Of a stretch of 64,000 bases of DNA, positions 40,292 to 49,069 are shown piece by piece. This DNA is from Clostridia bacterium (GTDB taxonomy: Bacteria; Bacillota; Clostridia; TANB77; CAG-465): NCBI GenBank assembly GCA_045536565.1, contig JAZSNU010000003.1:1-64000 (forward strand). The letters run 5' to 3'. Below the pieces are notes generated by a model, which saw only the letters and a program-made list of their open reading frames with translations, searched no databases and had not been told where the DNA came from. A program made the position numbers and the translations under genes. How positions within the stretch are numbered: position 1 is the first letter of the stretch; every line of letters begins with the position of its first letter.

Positions 40292-41125
40292 ATGCTAGAG
40301 GTTAAAAATGTAAGAAAAAAATTTGCAGAAGTTGTAGCGGTAGATGATGTAAGTTTTAATTTGCAAAAGGGAAAAATACTAGGACTTCTTGGGAAAAATG
40401 GAGCAGGTAAGTCAACAATATTTAGAATTATACTTGGAATATTAGAAGCGGATAATGGACAAGTGTTAATAGATGGCAAAAAATACAGCATAAAAGATAG
40501 TAAGAAGATTGGCTTTTTGCCAGAAGAGGGGAGTTTGTCACAAGAGTTAACAGTATATGAACAATTATGCTTTTACGGCAGTCTTAAAGGTATGTCAAAT
40601 GAAGAAGTATTGGAAAGTTTAAGTAAATGGCTTGTAAAATTTGACATAGTAGAATATATGAATAGAAAGATAAAGGAATTAAGTAAAGGAAATAGACAGA
40701 GAATACAATTTATTGTTTCTATATTGCACAACCCAGACTTAATAATACTAGATGAGCCTTTTTCTGGACTTGATCCGTTAGGTGTTGAAATGTTTAAAGA
40801 AATACTACTTGAATTAAAAAGAGAAGGAAAAGCAATAATATTTTCTTCACATAGAATGGAACATGTTGAGATGTTTTGTGATGATATACTATTAATAGAT
40901 AAAGGGAAAACACTTTGTTATGGAGATTTATTAGATATTAAGAAAAACTATTCTAAACAAAAAGTTATATATATGGAAAATGGTATAAAAAAAGAAGTCG
41001 TGATATCAAAAGAAAAGGTAGAAGAGTATATAGCAGGTGTGGATAACAAAGATAGTATAAAAGTAGAAACATTATCTTTAAATGATATATTCATAGATAA
41101 GGTAGGTGCACATGATGATAAATAA
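40292..41125 (+). CDS. ABC-2 type transporter ATP-binding subunit (NatA/YhaQ-like)
   Basis: GKNGAGKST, LSKGN, ILDEPFSGLD, FSSH. Confidence 0.93.
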   Translation: MLEVKNVRKKFAEVVAVDDVSFNLQKGKILGLLGKNGAGKSTIFRIILGILEADNGQVLIDGKKYSIKDSKKIGFLPEEGSLSQELTVYEQLCFYGSLKGMSNEEVLESLSKWLVKFDIVEYMNRKIKELSKGNRQRIQFIVSILHNPDLIILDEPFSGLDPLGVEMFKEILLELKREGKAIIFSSHRMEHVEMFCDDILLIDKGKTLCYGDLLDIKKNYSKQKVIYMENGIKKEVVISKEKVEEYIAGVDNKDSIKVETLSLNDIFIDKVGAHDDK

Positions 41126-43295
41126 AAATAGTATGAACATAGCAAAATTTAGTTTCATAAATGCTATTAAGAGCAAAGGTTTCATAATATACAACGCAAT
41201 ACTGTTAGTAGTTATACTTATTGCAACAAACTTCACGACTGTAAAAGATATTTTCCAAAGCCATGACATGTTTAAAGGTACAATATATAATGTAAAGGTG
41301 ATAGATGAACAAGGATATATTTATGAAACATTAGAAGAATCTCTTAATGTGGAAAATGTGGACAAGGTAGAAAAAATTTCTAATATTAACGAATATTCAG
41401 AAGAAGATATTAAAAAAGATGAAATAGTTGTTAAGGTGTTAGAAAAAGATTCGGAAAAATACTTGCAAATAGTATCAAAAGAATCATTAGATGGGAAAAT
41501 GTATACACTTATTTCATCTGCATTAAAAGAAGTAAGAAATCATGAGATAGAAACCAAATATGGTATTTCAGCAGAAGACATTGAAAAATACAATTCGGAT
41601 GTGTATATAGAAAAGAAAATATTAGATACAGATAGTGTTGTAAATAGCGACTATTATCTAATAAAAACTATAATGATTATGATTATATATAGTTTGATTG
41701 TTTTTGGAACGTCAGCGGTTGCATCACAAATTGCAAATGAGAAAACTTCAAAAAGTGCAGAGTATATATTTACATCAGTATCAGCAAAAGATTATTTAAA
41801 CGGAAAAGTAATAGGTGCTAATTTAAAGACAATAGCAAATATGGCTTTTATGGTTCTATATCTATTATTAGGACTTTTAGTAAACTCTGCTATTATACAA
41901 ATATTTGGAGTAAATCCAGTGCAGAATGTAAGTCCAGAAACAACTCAAATGGCTAGTATGATATTTAATATAGATCCACTTGTAATAAAATATGTGGTGT
42001 TATCATTTGTATATATATTACTTACATCAACACTGCTTTCATATATACAAGCTGCAATGACAGCTAAGGTAAAAAGCATAAATGAAATGGATAATTCTCA
42101 ATCTATTACCCTTACTCTTATTATAATTGCATATGTTGTATCATTTACAACATCAGAGTTTAATAACATATTTACTAAAATAATAGGTAATATACCTGTG
42201 TTTTCGATGTTTGCAATGCCGTCTAATTATATAAATGGTGTAACAAGTATTTGGGAAGTAGTATTATCAATTGCAATATTAGTAATATCTATCGTTATAG
42301 CAATGAAAGTAGTAAGTAAAAACTTCAAACAAGATATTCTTGATTTAGGACCAAGAAAAGAAGAAAAAAGAGATGAAAATCTTGAAATAATGGAAGAAGA
42401 ATTAAATAAAGTTAAAAAGAACAATACTAAAAGCTTTGCAACTGGCGTGTCGCTTGCACTACTTATGGTTATATTAATACAATCTGTTTTAGGAGTAGCT
42501 ATATCATTTTTAATGCCAAATTTAAGACCAAATCAAAATACAGTAGCTATGTCCATAATATTTATATTATCATTCTTAATACCAATTGTAACATTAAAAG
42601 GTATACTTAATATATCATATAACAAAAAGAATAAAGAAGAAAAGAAGGATATTAAAAAAATATTACTATGGACGATAATGGCAATTCCTGTTATGTACTT
42701 ATCTACATATATTGTTGAACTTGTAATATCAAAGATGGATATGAATCCAACAATGTTAGAAAACGCATTAGTTTTTGATAAGAGTTTATTAGGAGCTATA
42801 TTATTCTTTATAGAAATTGCAATATTACCCGCGATATTTGAAGAACTATTATTTAGAAAAGTAATGTTAGATGGTGCTAAAAAGTATGGCACGGTATTTG
42901 GGATTATATTTACAGCTGTTATGTTTGGCTTAATACATATGAATGTGCCACAAGCAATAAATGCTTTTCTTATAGGGTTAATATTTGCGTATTTAACAAT
43001 AAAAACAGGTAGTATAATTCCTGCGATGATATTACATTTATTAAATAATGGCACACAAGCGTTATTTATGATAAATGAAGGTAATATACTAGCATGTAAT
43101 ATAATATCATATGTAGATATATCACTTGTTGTTATAGGGGGATTACTTCTTGTATATAACATATTAAAAAATAAGAAAGTATTTAATATTGAGAATATAA
43201 CAAAATCAGATATAACAATAAAAGGAATACTATCAAACTATTATATGATTGTATTTATAATATTTGTAATGGTTATGTTTAAAGTTCAAATGTAG
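41112..43295 (+). CDS. ABC-2 permease (NatB/YhaP-like) fused to a CPBP/Abi intramembrane metalloprotease
   Basis: IANEKTSK..E.....V......GK permease motif; CPBP motifs FEELLFR, FGLIH and H..NN in the C-terminal part. Confidence 0.85.
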   Translation: MMINKNSMNIAKFSFINAIKSKGFIIYNAILLVVILIATNFTTVKDIFQSHDMFKGTIYNVKVIDEQGYIYETLEESLNVENVDKVEKISNINEYSEEDIKKDEIVVKVLEKDSEKYLQIVSKESLDGKMYTLISSALKEVRNHEIETKYGISAEDIEKYNSDVYIEKKILDTDSVVNSDYYLIKTIMIMIIYSLIVFGTSAVASQIANEKTSKSAEYIFTSVSAKDYLNGKVIGANLKTIANMAFMVLYLLLGLLVNSAIIQIFGVNPVQNVSPETTQMASMIFNIDPLVIKYVVLSFVYILLTSTLLSYIQAAMTAKVKSINEMDNSQSITLTLIIIAYVVSFTTSEFNNIFTKIIGNIPVFSMFAMPSNYINGVTSIWEVVLSIAILVISIVIAMKVVSKNFKQDILDLGPRKEEKRDENLEIMEEELNKVKKNNTKSFATGVSLALLMVILIQSVLGVAISFLMPNLRPNQNTVAMSIIFILSFLIPIVTLKGILNISYNKKNKEEKKDIKKILLWTIMAIPVMYLSTYIVELVISKMDMNPTMLENALVFDKSLLGAILFFIEIAILPAIFEELLFRKVMLDGAKKYGTVFGIIFTAVMFGLIHMNVPQAINAFLIGLIFAYLTIKTGSIIPAMILHLLNNGTQALFMINEGNILACNIISYVDISLVVIGGLLLVYNILKNKKVFNIENITKSDITIKGILSNYYMIVFIIFVMVMFKVQM

Positions 43296-43301
43296 AATAC
43301 A

Positions 43302-43336
43302 AAAAGAGATTAAACTGTAATAAGTTTAATCTCTTT
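43302..43336. terminator. Bidirectional intrinsic terminator
   Basis: Stem aaagagattaaact/agtttaatctcttt. Confidence 0.75.
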
Positions 43337-43340
43337 AAAA

Positions 43341-43595
43341 TTATTTGCTTAATTTTTTAGCCATATTAGCGATCTTTCTAGATGCAGTATTTCTTTTTAA
43401 TACACCTTTTGACCATGCTTTATCAACGGCACTAGATGCAGCTGTAAATAATTCATTAGCTTTTTTGTCACCGCTTTCAATAGCAGCTTCAAATGCTTTA
43501 ACAGCTTCTCTATATTCTCTTTTTATTTTTCTGTTTTCAAGAGCTTTTGTATCGTTAACTTTTACTCTTTTCTTTGCTGATTTAATGTTAGGCAA
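43341..43595 (-). CDS. rpsT: 30S ribosomal protein S20
   Basis: PNIKSAKKR...N.....D.A..KGV...N.A.RK; TTG start at 43595 after AAGGAGG. Confidence 0.95.
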   Translation of the reverse strand: MPNIKSAKKRVKVNDTKALENRKIKREYREAVKAFEAAIESGDKKANELFTAASSAVDKAWSKGVLKRNTASRKIANMAKKLSK

Positions 43596-43841
43596 TGTTT
43601 GCACCTCCTTAAGTAATCATAAAGTCATTTTTTACATCCGTTATTTTAACACATGTTTTTTTGAAAATCAAGTAATATTACATAATTTGTTGTTACTTGG
43701 GGTGAAATAATTACAAAAACCACAATTTTTTACAAAATTATTTACTTTTAAATGGTGCCGTGATATTATTGGGTAGAAGTAAAAATAGATAAGGGCAATA
43801 ATAAATTTAAGCTACAATAAACTAATTAGGAGGTAAATAAT

Positions 43842-44543
43842 ATGAAAGATAGCAAAATAATTGTTATTGAAGGTACAGATGGTAGCGGAAAACAAACTCA
43901 AACAAAACTACTCATGGAAAGACTTAAAAAAGAAGGCTATGATGTATACACTACTTCTTTTCCAAATTATGATGGTGATTCATCAGCGCTTGTAAAAATG
44001 TATTTGGCGGGTAATATAACTCCTGATGCAAATGGAGTAAGCGCAAAGGCTGCATCTATATTTTATGCAGCAGATAGATATATAACATACAAGCAGCAAA
44101 TCGAGAAAGAATATCATGAAGGAAAGACAATGGTATTTGATAGATATGTCGGATCAAATATTATTCATCAAGGCTCAAAAATCATATCTGAGTTATCTGA
44201 CGAGGATGAGAAAAAAGAAAAATTACAGCAGTTCATATCTTGGCTTGATAATTTAGAACATAATGATTTTGGAATTCCAAGAGCAGATGTTACTATTTAT
44301 CTAAGAGTACCAGTCGAATACACAATAAAACTAAGAGAAGGCAGAAATAACAAATTTACCGGAGGTGAAAAACAAGATATACATGAAGCAGATACAAATC
44401 ATTTAAAGAATGCGGGAATGTCAGGCATGATGGCAGCAGATATGCTAGGTTGGAATGTTGTAGAATGTGTAAAAGACGATTCTATGAGAACAATCGAAGA
44501 TATTGCAGAGGAAGTATATACTATTGTAAAAAATAAAATATAA
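43842..44543 (+). CDS. tmk: Thymidylate (dTMP) kinase
   Basis: IEGTDGSGKQTQ P-loop; FP.Y; YAADR; DRYVGSN; DIHE. Confidence 0.9.
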   Translation: MKDSKIIVIEGTDGSGKQTQTKLLMERLKKEGYDVYTTSFPNYDGDSSALVKMYLAGNITPDANGVSAKAASIFYAADRYITYKQQIEKEYHEGKTMVFDRYVGSNIIHQGSKIISELSDEDEKKEKLQQFISWLDNLEHNDFGIPRADVTIYLRVPVEYTIKLREGRNNKFTGGEKQDIHEADTNHLKNAGMSGMMAADMLGWNVVECVKDDSMRTIEDIAEEVYTIVKNKI

Positions 44544-44559
44544 ACAGGAGGAATTAAAA

Positions 44560-45417
44560 ATGGCAAAATGGGATAACATGTATTTAGATTTGTGCGAAAA
44601 GATTTTAAATGAAGGAGAACTTCATCATAATCGTACAGGAGATGACACATTAAGAATTCTTGGACATACTTTTGAGTTTGATTTATCAGAGGAATTTCCT
44701 ATTCTTACTGTAAAACAGGTTGGTATTAAAGGCCCTGTTATTGAACTTCTTTGGATTTATCAAGCACATAGTAATGATGTATCATGGCTTCGTGATAGAG
44801 GCGTTACTATATGGGATGAATGGGAAGTAGATAGTGACGGTGTGTATAGACAGGATGGCTCAAATAGAATGATAGGAAAAGAATTTGCAGGAACAATAGG
44901 TACAGCATATGGTTATGTGACTGGTAAGTTCGGTTGGCCTGAAAAGAATATTGAGGAGATAAAAAATAATCCAAATAGCAGAAGAAATATAATTGATCTT
45001 TGGCAACCTCAATATTTTGATACGGCGGTGCTTCCACCATGTGTATATGGTAGCCAGTTTATAGTAAGCGGTGATACTCTTCATATAAGAGTAACACAAA
45101 GATCTTGTGATGTAGGCTTGGGCCTTCCATATAATGTTACGCAGTATGCGGCGTTATGCTGTATGATTGCGCAAGTAACAGGTTTAAAACCTGGTAAGAT
45201 GCTTTATCAGATTACAGATACTCATATTTACTGTAAGCATATTCCTGCAATTAAAGAACTTATATCAAGAAGAGATAAAGCAATGCTTGCACCTAAACTT
45301 TGGCTTAATCCTGAAATTGATGATTTCTTTAAATTTGATAATTCAAAAGAACTTAAAGATATTAAGCTTATAGGATATGAACATTTAGGTAAAGTACCTA
45401 TGGAAGTATCTATCTAA
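44560..45417 (+). CDS. thyA: Thymidylate synthase
   Basis: RTG, ELLW, IWDEW, SRR, LPPC, QRSCD..LG.PYN, HIY. Confidence 0.96.
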   Translation: MAKWDNMYLDLCEKILNEGELHHNRTGDDTLRILGHTFEFDLSEEFPILTVKQVGIKGPVIELLWIYQAHSNDVSWLRDRGVTIWDEWEVDSDGVYRQDGSNRMIGKEFAGTIGTAYGYVTGKFGWPEKNIEEIKNNPNSRRNIIDLWQPQYFDTAVLPPCVYGSQFIVSGDTLHIRVTQRSCDVGLGLPYNVTQYAALCCMIAQVTGLKPGKMLYQITDTHIYCKHIPAIKELISRRDKAMLAPKLWLNPEIDDFFKFDNSKELKDIKLIGYEHLGKVPMEVSI

Positions 45418-45429
45418 GGAGGTAATAAT

Positions 45430-45930
45430 ATGGCTATAACAATTATAGCGGCTATTGGTAAAAACAGAGAACTTGGTAAAAAAGGCGACCTTATTTGGCA
45501 TATTCCGGAAGATTTAAAATATTTTAAGGAAAAGACCATGGGGAAAACAATAATAATGGGTAAAAATACTTTTAACTCATTACCTAAACTTTTGCCAGGT
45601 AGAAAACATGTGATTCTTTCAGAAGATGACGACTTTAATAAAGACATTTGTGATTCTATAGTTTTCTATAACAAAGATGATCTTATGGAATATATAAACA
45701 CAGAACTTAAAGATGAAGATGCATTTATTGTAGGTGGCGCAAGCATGTATACAATGTTTGTTGATATATGTGATAAAATGTACCTTACAAGAATAGATGC
45801 AGAAGATAAAGAGGCTGATGTGTATTTTCCAAAGTTTAATCCGGGTGATTGGTATGCTGATATGGAAAAAGAATATATATCTAGTGGAATTAGAGTAAGT
45901 CATACCCGTTGGGAAAGAAAGAATAAGTAA
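45430..45930 (+). CDS. folA: Dihydrofolate reductase
   Basis: W.IPEDL..FK..T, MG..TF.SL...LPGR, GGA..Y, D.YFP. Confidence 0.95.
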   Translation: MAITIIAAIGKNRELGKKGDLIWHIPEDLKYFKEKTMGKTIIMGKNTFNSLPKLLPGRKHVILSEDDDFNKDICDSIVFYNKDDLMEYINTELKDEDAFIVGGASMYTMFVDICDKMYLTRIDAEDKEADVYFPKFNPGDWYADMEKEYISSGIRVSHTRWERKNK

Positions 45931-45934
45931 TACA

Positions 45935-45972
45935 AAAAGAGATGCTTTAAGTGAAACAAAAGCATCTCTTTT
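45935..45972. terminator. Bidirectional intrinsic terminator (folA on +; candidate ncRNA on -)
   Basis: Stem aaaagagatgcttt/aaagcatctctttt with tracts on both sides. Confidence 0.8.
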
Positions 45973-46131
45973 CTTATACAAGTCGTATGTATTCTGTTTA
46001 AAACATACCATCTTAGGTTTAATCTATTAAGATTAAGTTACTCAAAGACTTACTTAAAAGAAGAACGATTTAACAAGGGCGGTTAAACATATTTGCGGGA
46101 AAGGAATAAATCCGCAAATGTCCTTCTTACA
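45935..46131 (-). ncRNA. Candidate ~190-nt structured small RNA (RNA2) with its own promoter
   Basis: Promoter at 46165-46137; no credible ORF; stems 46058-63/46123-28, 46091-98/46112-19, 46069-74/46082-87, 46019-25/46030-36, 45985-90/46003-08 and 45980-84/46047-51; ends at a terminator. Confidence 0.55.
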
Positions 46132-46136
46132 CTTAG

Positions 46137-46165
46137 ATAGTATACTTATTTTATAACAAAATCAA
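46137..46165 (-). promoter_or_regulatory. Sigma-A-type promoter for candidate RNA2
   Basis: Minus strand TTGATT-17 nt-TACTAT. Confidence 0.55.
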
Positions 46166-46217
46166 CTACATTTGTGTTAAATGTATATTACATAAGTGTT
46201 ACAAAAACGCTTGGCAT

Positions 46218-46520
46218 ATAAAAAGTGGTCAAATTCATGACCACTTTCGAAGGCCTAAAATACCTTCTTTTAAATTCTTAAATAGCAATCCGCCCTGATG
46301 AAAAGTTGAGAAGTTTGAGAAGCAAACTTGAAACTTTGAATCAAGGGTAGATTTGGTGTCTTTGCGATAAGAGGTTTTAATTTTTCGCTAACAAAACTAA
46401 AAATATAATTATTCTGGGTGCGAAAAATTACGGACACCAAATTAAAAATAAGTTTTAATAACATTAAAACTAGACATGTTAAAAAATCAAACTATAACAT
46501 GAATAAAATTCGATTGGTAT
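46218..46520 (-). ncRNA. Candidate RT-associated structured ncRNA (RNA1) in the 3' trailer of the RT gene
   Basis: About 300 nt of stems: 46475-81/46495-501, 46451-59/46463-71, 46351-60/46433-42 enclosing 46378-88/46420-30, a long interrupted hairpin 46293-46347 and 46249-53/46263-67; closed by terminator 46222-46247. Confidence 0.62.
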
Positions 46521-47624
46521 TTAAGAATGGATTATATCGTTGATACTTTGTTTAAACCTAACACCTGTTTTCTCTTCGTATTTTGCTATAATCATTTTTA
46601 CATATTCAGGTTCGATATACTCATAGTGTGCAACTTTACCTTGCATTTTTTGTGTTTCTTTTTTATTCCATGTTTTACCGTTTTTGTAATCCATAAGAAA
46701 ACTAAAAATTGTAGCTTTTAAAATTTGTTTGTTATTATGACCTATTGTTATATCGCCATTGCTGTTTAGCATAATTCCCGTAATCCAACAACCATTTGAA
46801 TAATATAAATCATAATATTTACACTTTTTGTTATTGAGTTTTTGAGAAGGTAAACACATATTAAGTCTAGTTATTAGTGTTTTCTTTGTATTAGTAAAAT
46901 CTCTTTTTGCTTTATACGGATTATCAAACGAAACAAATATATCATCTGCATATCTTGTGTAATGATATCTTCCCATATCGTTTGTCACATAGTAATCAAA
47001 AGGTATCATTAAAACATTACTTAGAAATGGAGAAGATGGTGCACCTTGGGCTAGACCTACTTTTCCTCCAAAATCATACATGCAAACTCTAACGATAGGT
47101 TCTAAATATGTTGTGTCTAGTACACAAAAAGGATAAACTTTTTCCATTGCAGTCATTATGCTTTCAAAAGAACAATTTCTAAAGAAATCTTTTAAGTCGT
47201 AATGTAAGATAAGTTTATTTCCTTTATGCACTTTAACAAGTTCTTTCGTATTTTTACCTGGAACATACGCATAAGAAGAACATGGGAATAGTAAATTGAA
47301 ATCATTAACAAACAAATTTACAAATCTTTTCATAAAATCCTTTAAGAATTCACAAGGCTCATCCATTCGCCGAAGACCACCAGATGATTTTCTTTTATAA
47401 TGCGTTTTATATAATTTTTCTATCGTATAGTTTTCCAGAATATGAGAAGCTTCAATTGATAAAGAATAAAATTGTTGTAATAAATATGCATTTACCTTTT
47501 CAATGTTTTTATCGCTTAATTTACTTACTATTCTGGTTTTGACAACACCGTCTGTGTCTTTTGCTGAATAAAAAAATTCTGGCCTTGGTGGAGATAATGT
47601 AATTCCCCATTCACTCGTATCCAT
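46521..47624 (-). CDS. Retron-like reverse transcriptase
   Basis: KRKSSGGLRR...P; SYAYVPGK........H; DLKDFF; GLAQGAPSSPFLSN; YTRYADD; LNNKK; ITGI (at the retron VTG position). Compact 367 aa with no maturase/endonuclease extension. Confidence 0.9.
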   Translation of the reverse strand: MDTSEWGITLSPPRPEFFYSAKDTDGVVKTRIVSKLSDKNIEKVNAYLLQQFYSLSIEASHILENYTIEKLYKTHYKRKSSGGLRRMDEPCEFLKDFMKRFVNLFVNDFNLLFPCSSYAYVPGKNTKELVKVHKGNKLILHYDLKDFFRNCSFESIMTAMEKVYPFCVLDTTYLEPIVRVCMYDFGGKVGLAQGAPSSPFLSNVLMIPFDYYVTNDMGRYHYTRYADDIFVSFDNPYKAKRDFTNTKKTLITRLNMCLPSQKLNNKKCKYYDLYYSNGCWITGIMLNSNGDITIGHNNKQILKATIFSFLMDYKNGKTWNKKETQKMQGKVAHYEYIEPEYVKMIIAKYEEKTGVRFKQSINDIIHS

Positions 47625-47681
47625 AAAATCACTTCCTTCTATAATAAATTTATTAAGAAATTTTATATATCTTACAAAATG

Positions 47682-47710
47682 ATTATACTATTACAAGGTA
47701 CAAAAATCAA
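47682..47710 (-). promoter_or_regulatory. Sigma-A promoter of the RT gene
   Basis: Minus strand TTGATT-17 nt-TATAAT, about 55 nt upstream of the ATG. Confidence 0.75.
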
Positions 47711-47746
47711 GTTTATTAAAATGATATATACAAAAAGGAATGATTT

Positions 47747-47944
47747 TTAAACCATTCCTTTAAGTTCGCTACACTCATCTGCTATTTCTTCTACGGGTTT
47801 GTATCTCCATGCATAGTCCCAGTCCCAATCGTTGTTTTTGTATAACAGAAACTTAGGTGAACAACCATCTGTGGTTACAGCATATACTTTGTATACAGTG
47901 GTATGTTTGCTAGTATCGTATTTTGATATAACTTTAAATAACAT
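47747..47944 (-). CDS. Small hypothetical protein, paralogue family member 1 (one ~50-aa domain)
   Basis: FKV....VYKVYAV.......FLLY.NN.W.W..A....P; AAAGGA RBS. Confidence 0.7.
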   Translation of the reverse strand: MLFKVISKYDTSKHTTVYKVYAVTTDGCSPKFLLYKNNDWDWDYAWRYKPVEEIADECSELKGMV

Positions 47945-47969
47945 GTTTAAAAATTCCTTTCTTTAAGTT

Positions 47970-48137
47970 TTAGTTGACTATATCGCCTAATTCAGCAGTA
48001 TCATCTACATACTCGCAATGGTCCGAATCAATCCATGAAAATGTAAAGTCCCTCCATATCAAAAAGTATGTATACCCATCATCATACCGGGTTGAAAGCA
48101 CTTTATAAATATTGTCATGATATTTAATTTTAAACAT
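47970..48137 (-). CDS. Small hypothetical protein, paralogue family member 2
   Basis: MFKI....IYKV.........FLIW....FSWIDS; ATG at 48137 after GGGAG (the track start 48209 overlaps the promoter). Confidence 0.7.
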   Translation of the reverse strand: MFKIKYHDNIYKVLSTRYDDGYTYFLIWRDFTFSWIDSDHCEYVDDTAELGDIVN

Positions 48138-48144
48138 AAATCTG

Positions 48145-48168
48145 CTCCCTTCAAAATTATTTGTTAGA
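48145..48168. repeat. 24-bp leader repeat, copy 1
   Basis: ctcccttcaaaattatttgttaga; 22/24 identical to 49769-49792. Confidence 0.7.
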
Positions 48169-48188
48169 TTTACATAAAATCTTAATAT

Positions 48189-48217
48189 ATTATATATTTT
48201 GTAGTGCAAAAAGTCAA
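48189..48217 (-). promoter_or_regulatory. Sigma-A promoter of mini-gene block A
   Basis: Minus strand TTGACT-17 nt-TATAAT. Confidence 0.75.
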
Positions 48218-48296
48218 GATTAAATGAATTAAAAGTACGGTATTTAAGTATGTTTTATGGTATACTATATAGGTATAAAAGAGGGGTAATGTTTGT

Positions 48297-49026
48297 ATGA
48301 GTATAGTTTTAGATATTTTAAGAGAACAAAAAGGAATAAAATTAAAAGGAAATATATATTATATAACACAAATTAATTTTGCATATAACAATAATAAAAT
48401 TGAAGGAGGTACTTTAACGAAAGAACAAACTAGATATATATATGAAACTAACACATTGATGTTAGAAGATGGAGAAAAGATAGCGAATGTTGATGATATA
48501 ATTGAAATGTCAAATCATTTTAAATTAGTTGATTATATGTTAGATGTCGCAGATAAAGAATTAACGGAAGATATGATTAAAGAATTCCATAGAATATTAA
48601 AATCACGGTACATCTGATGAGAGAAAAGATTGGTTTAATGTTGGAGATTACAAAAAGTTAGCTAATGAGGTGGGAGGAAATCCAACAGCAAACCCAAAAG
48701 ATGTATCTAATATGATGAAAAAAATAATAGAAGAATTTAATGCTTTGGAAAAAGTTACCGTTGTAGATATAATAAAATTTCATAATGATTTTGAAAAAAT
48801 ACATCCATTCCAAGATGGAAATGGTAGGGTAGGTCGTATTATAATGTTTAAAGAGTGTTTAAAAAATAATATAGTACCATTTATAATTCTAGACAAGGAT
48901 AAGATGTTTTATTATAGAGGACTAAAAGAATATGAAAAAGAAAAAGGATATTTAATAGATACTTGTTTAAATGCGCAAGATCAGTATCAAAAATTGTTAG
49001 ATAAGTATATAAAAGAGTTATTATAA
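48297..49026 (+). pseudogene. Fic-domain protein split by a one-base frameshift
   Basis: The N-part (NN.IEG.TLT...T) ends at 48617; the C-part carries HPFQDGNGRVGR. Skipping one base near 48606 gives a continuous ...LKS-GTSDERKDWFNVGDYKKLANEVGG... Confidence 0.8.
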
Positions 49027-49069
49027 GTAAAAAAGTATACGCCAATTAATAGCGTATACTATTTGCTTT

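Noticed and set aside
44995-45060. ThyA active-site variant LPPCV instead of PPCH
   Set aside because: PCV occurs in ordinary Bacillus ThyA-type enzymes, and the dUMP-specifying Asn (PYN) is retained, so it is not evidence of a base-modifying enzyme.
46270-46464. 64-aa minus-strand ORF downstream of the RT
   Set aside because: No RBS, and it runs through the strongest stems, so it is better explained as structured RNA. A hidden peptide cannot be fully excluded.
46521-47624. RT as a group II intron or DGR component
   Set aside because: No domain V/VI-like sequence downstream, no maturase or endonuclease extension and no interrupted host gene. No TR/VR pair differing at adenines and no Avd-like gene. 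The motifs are retron-like.
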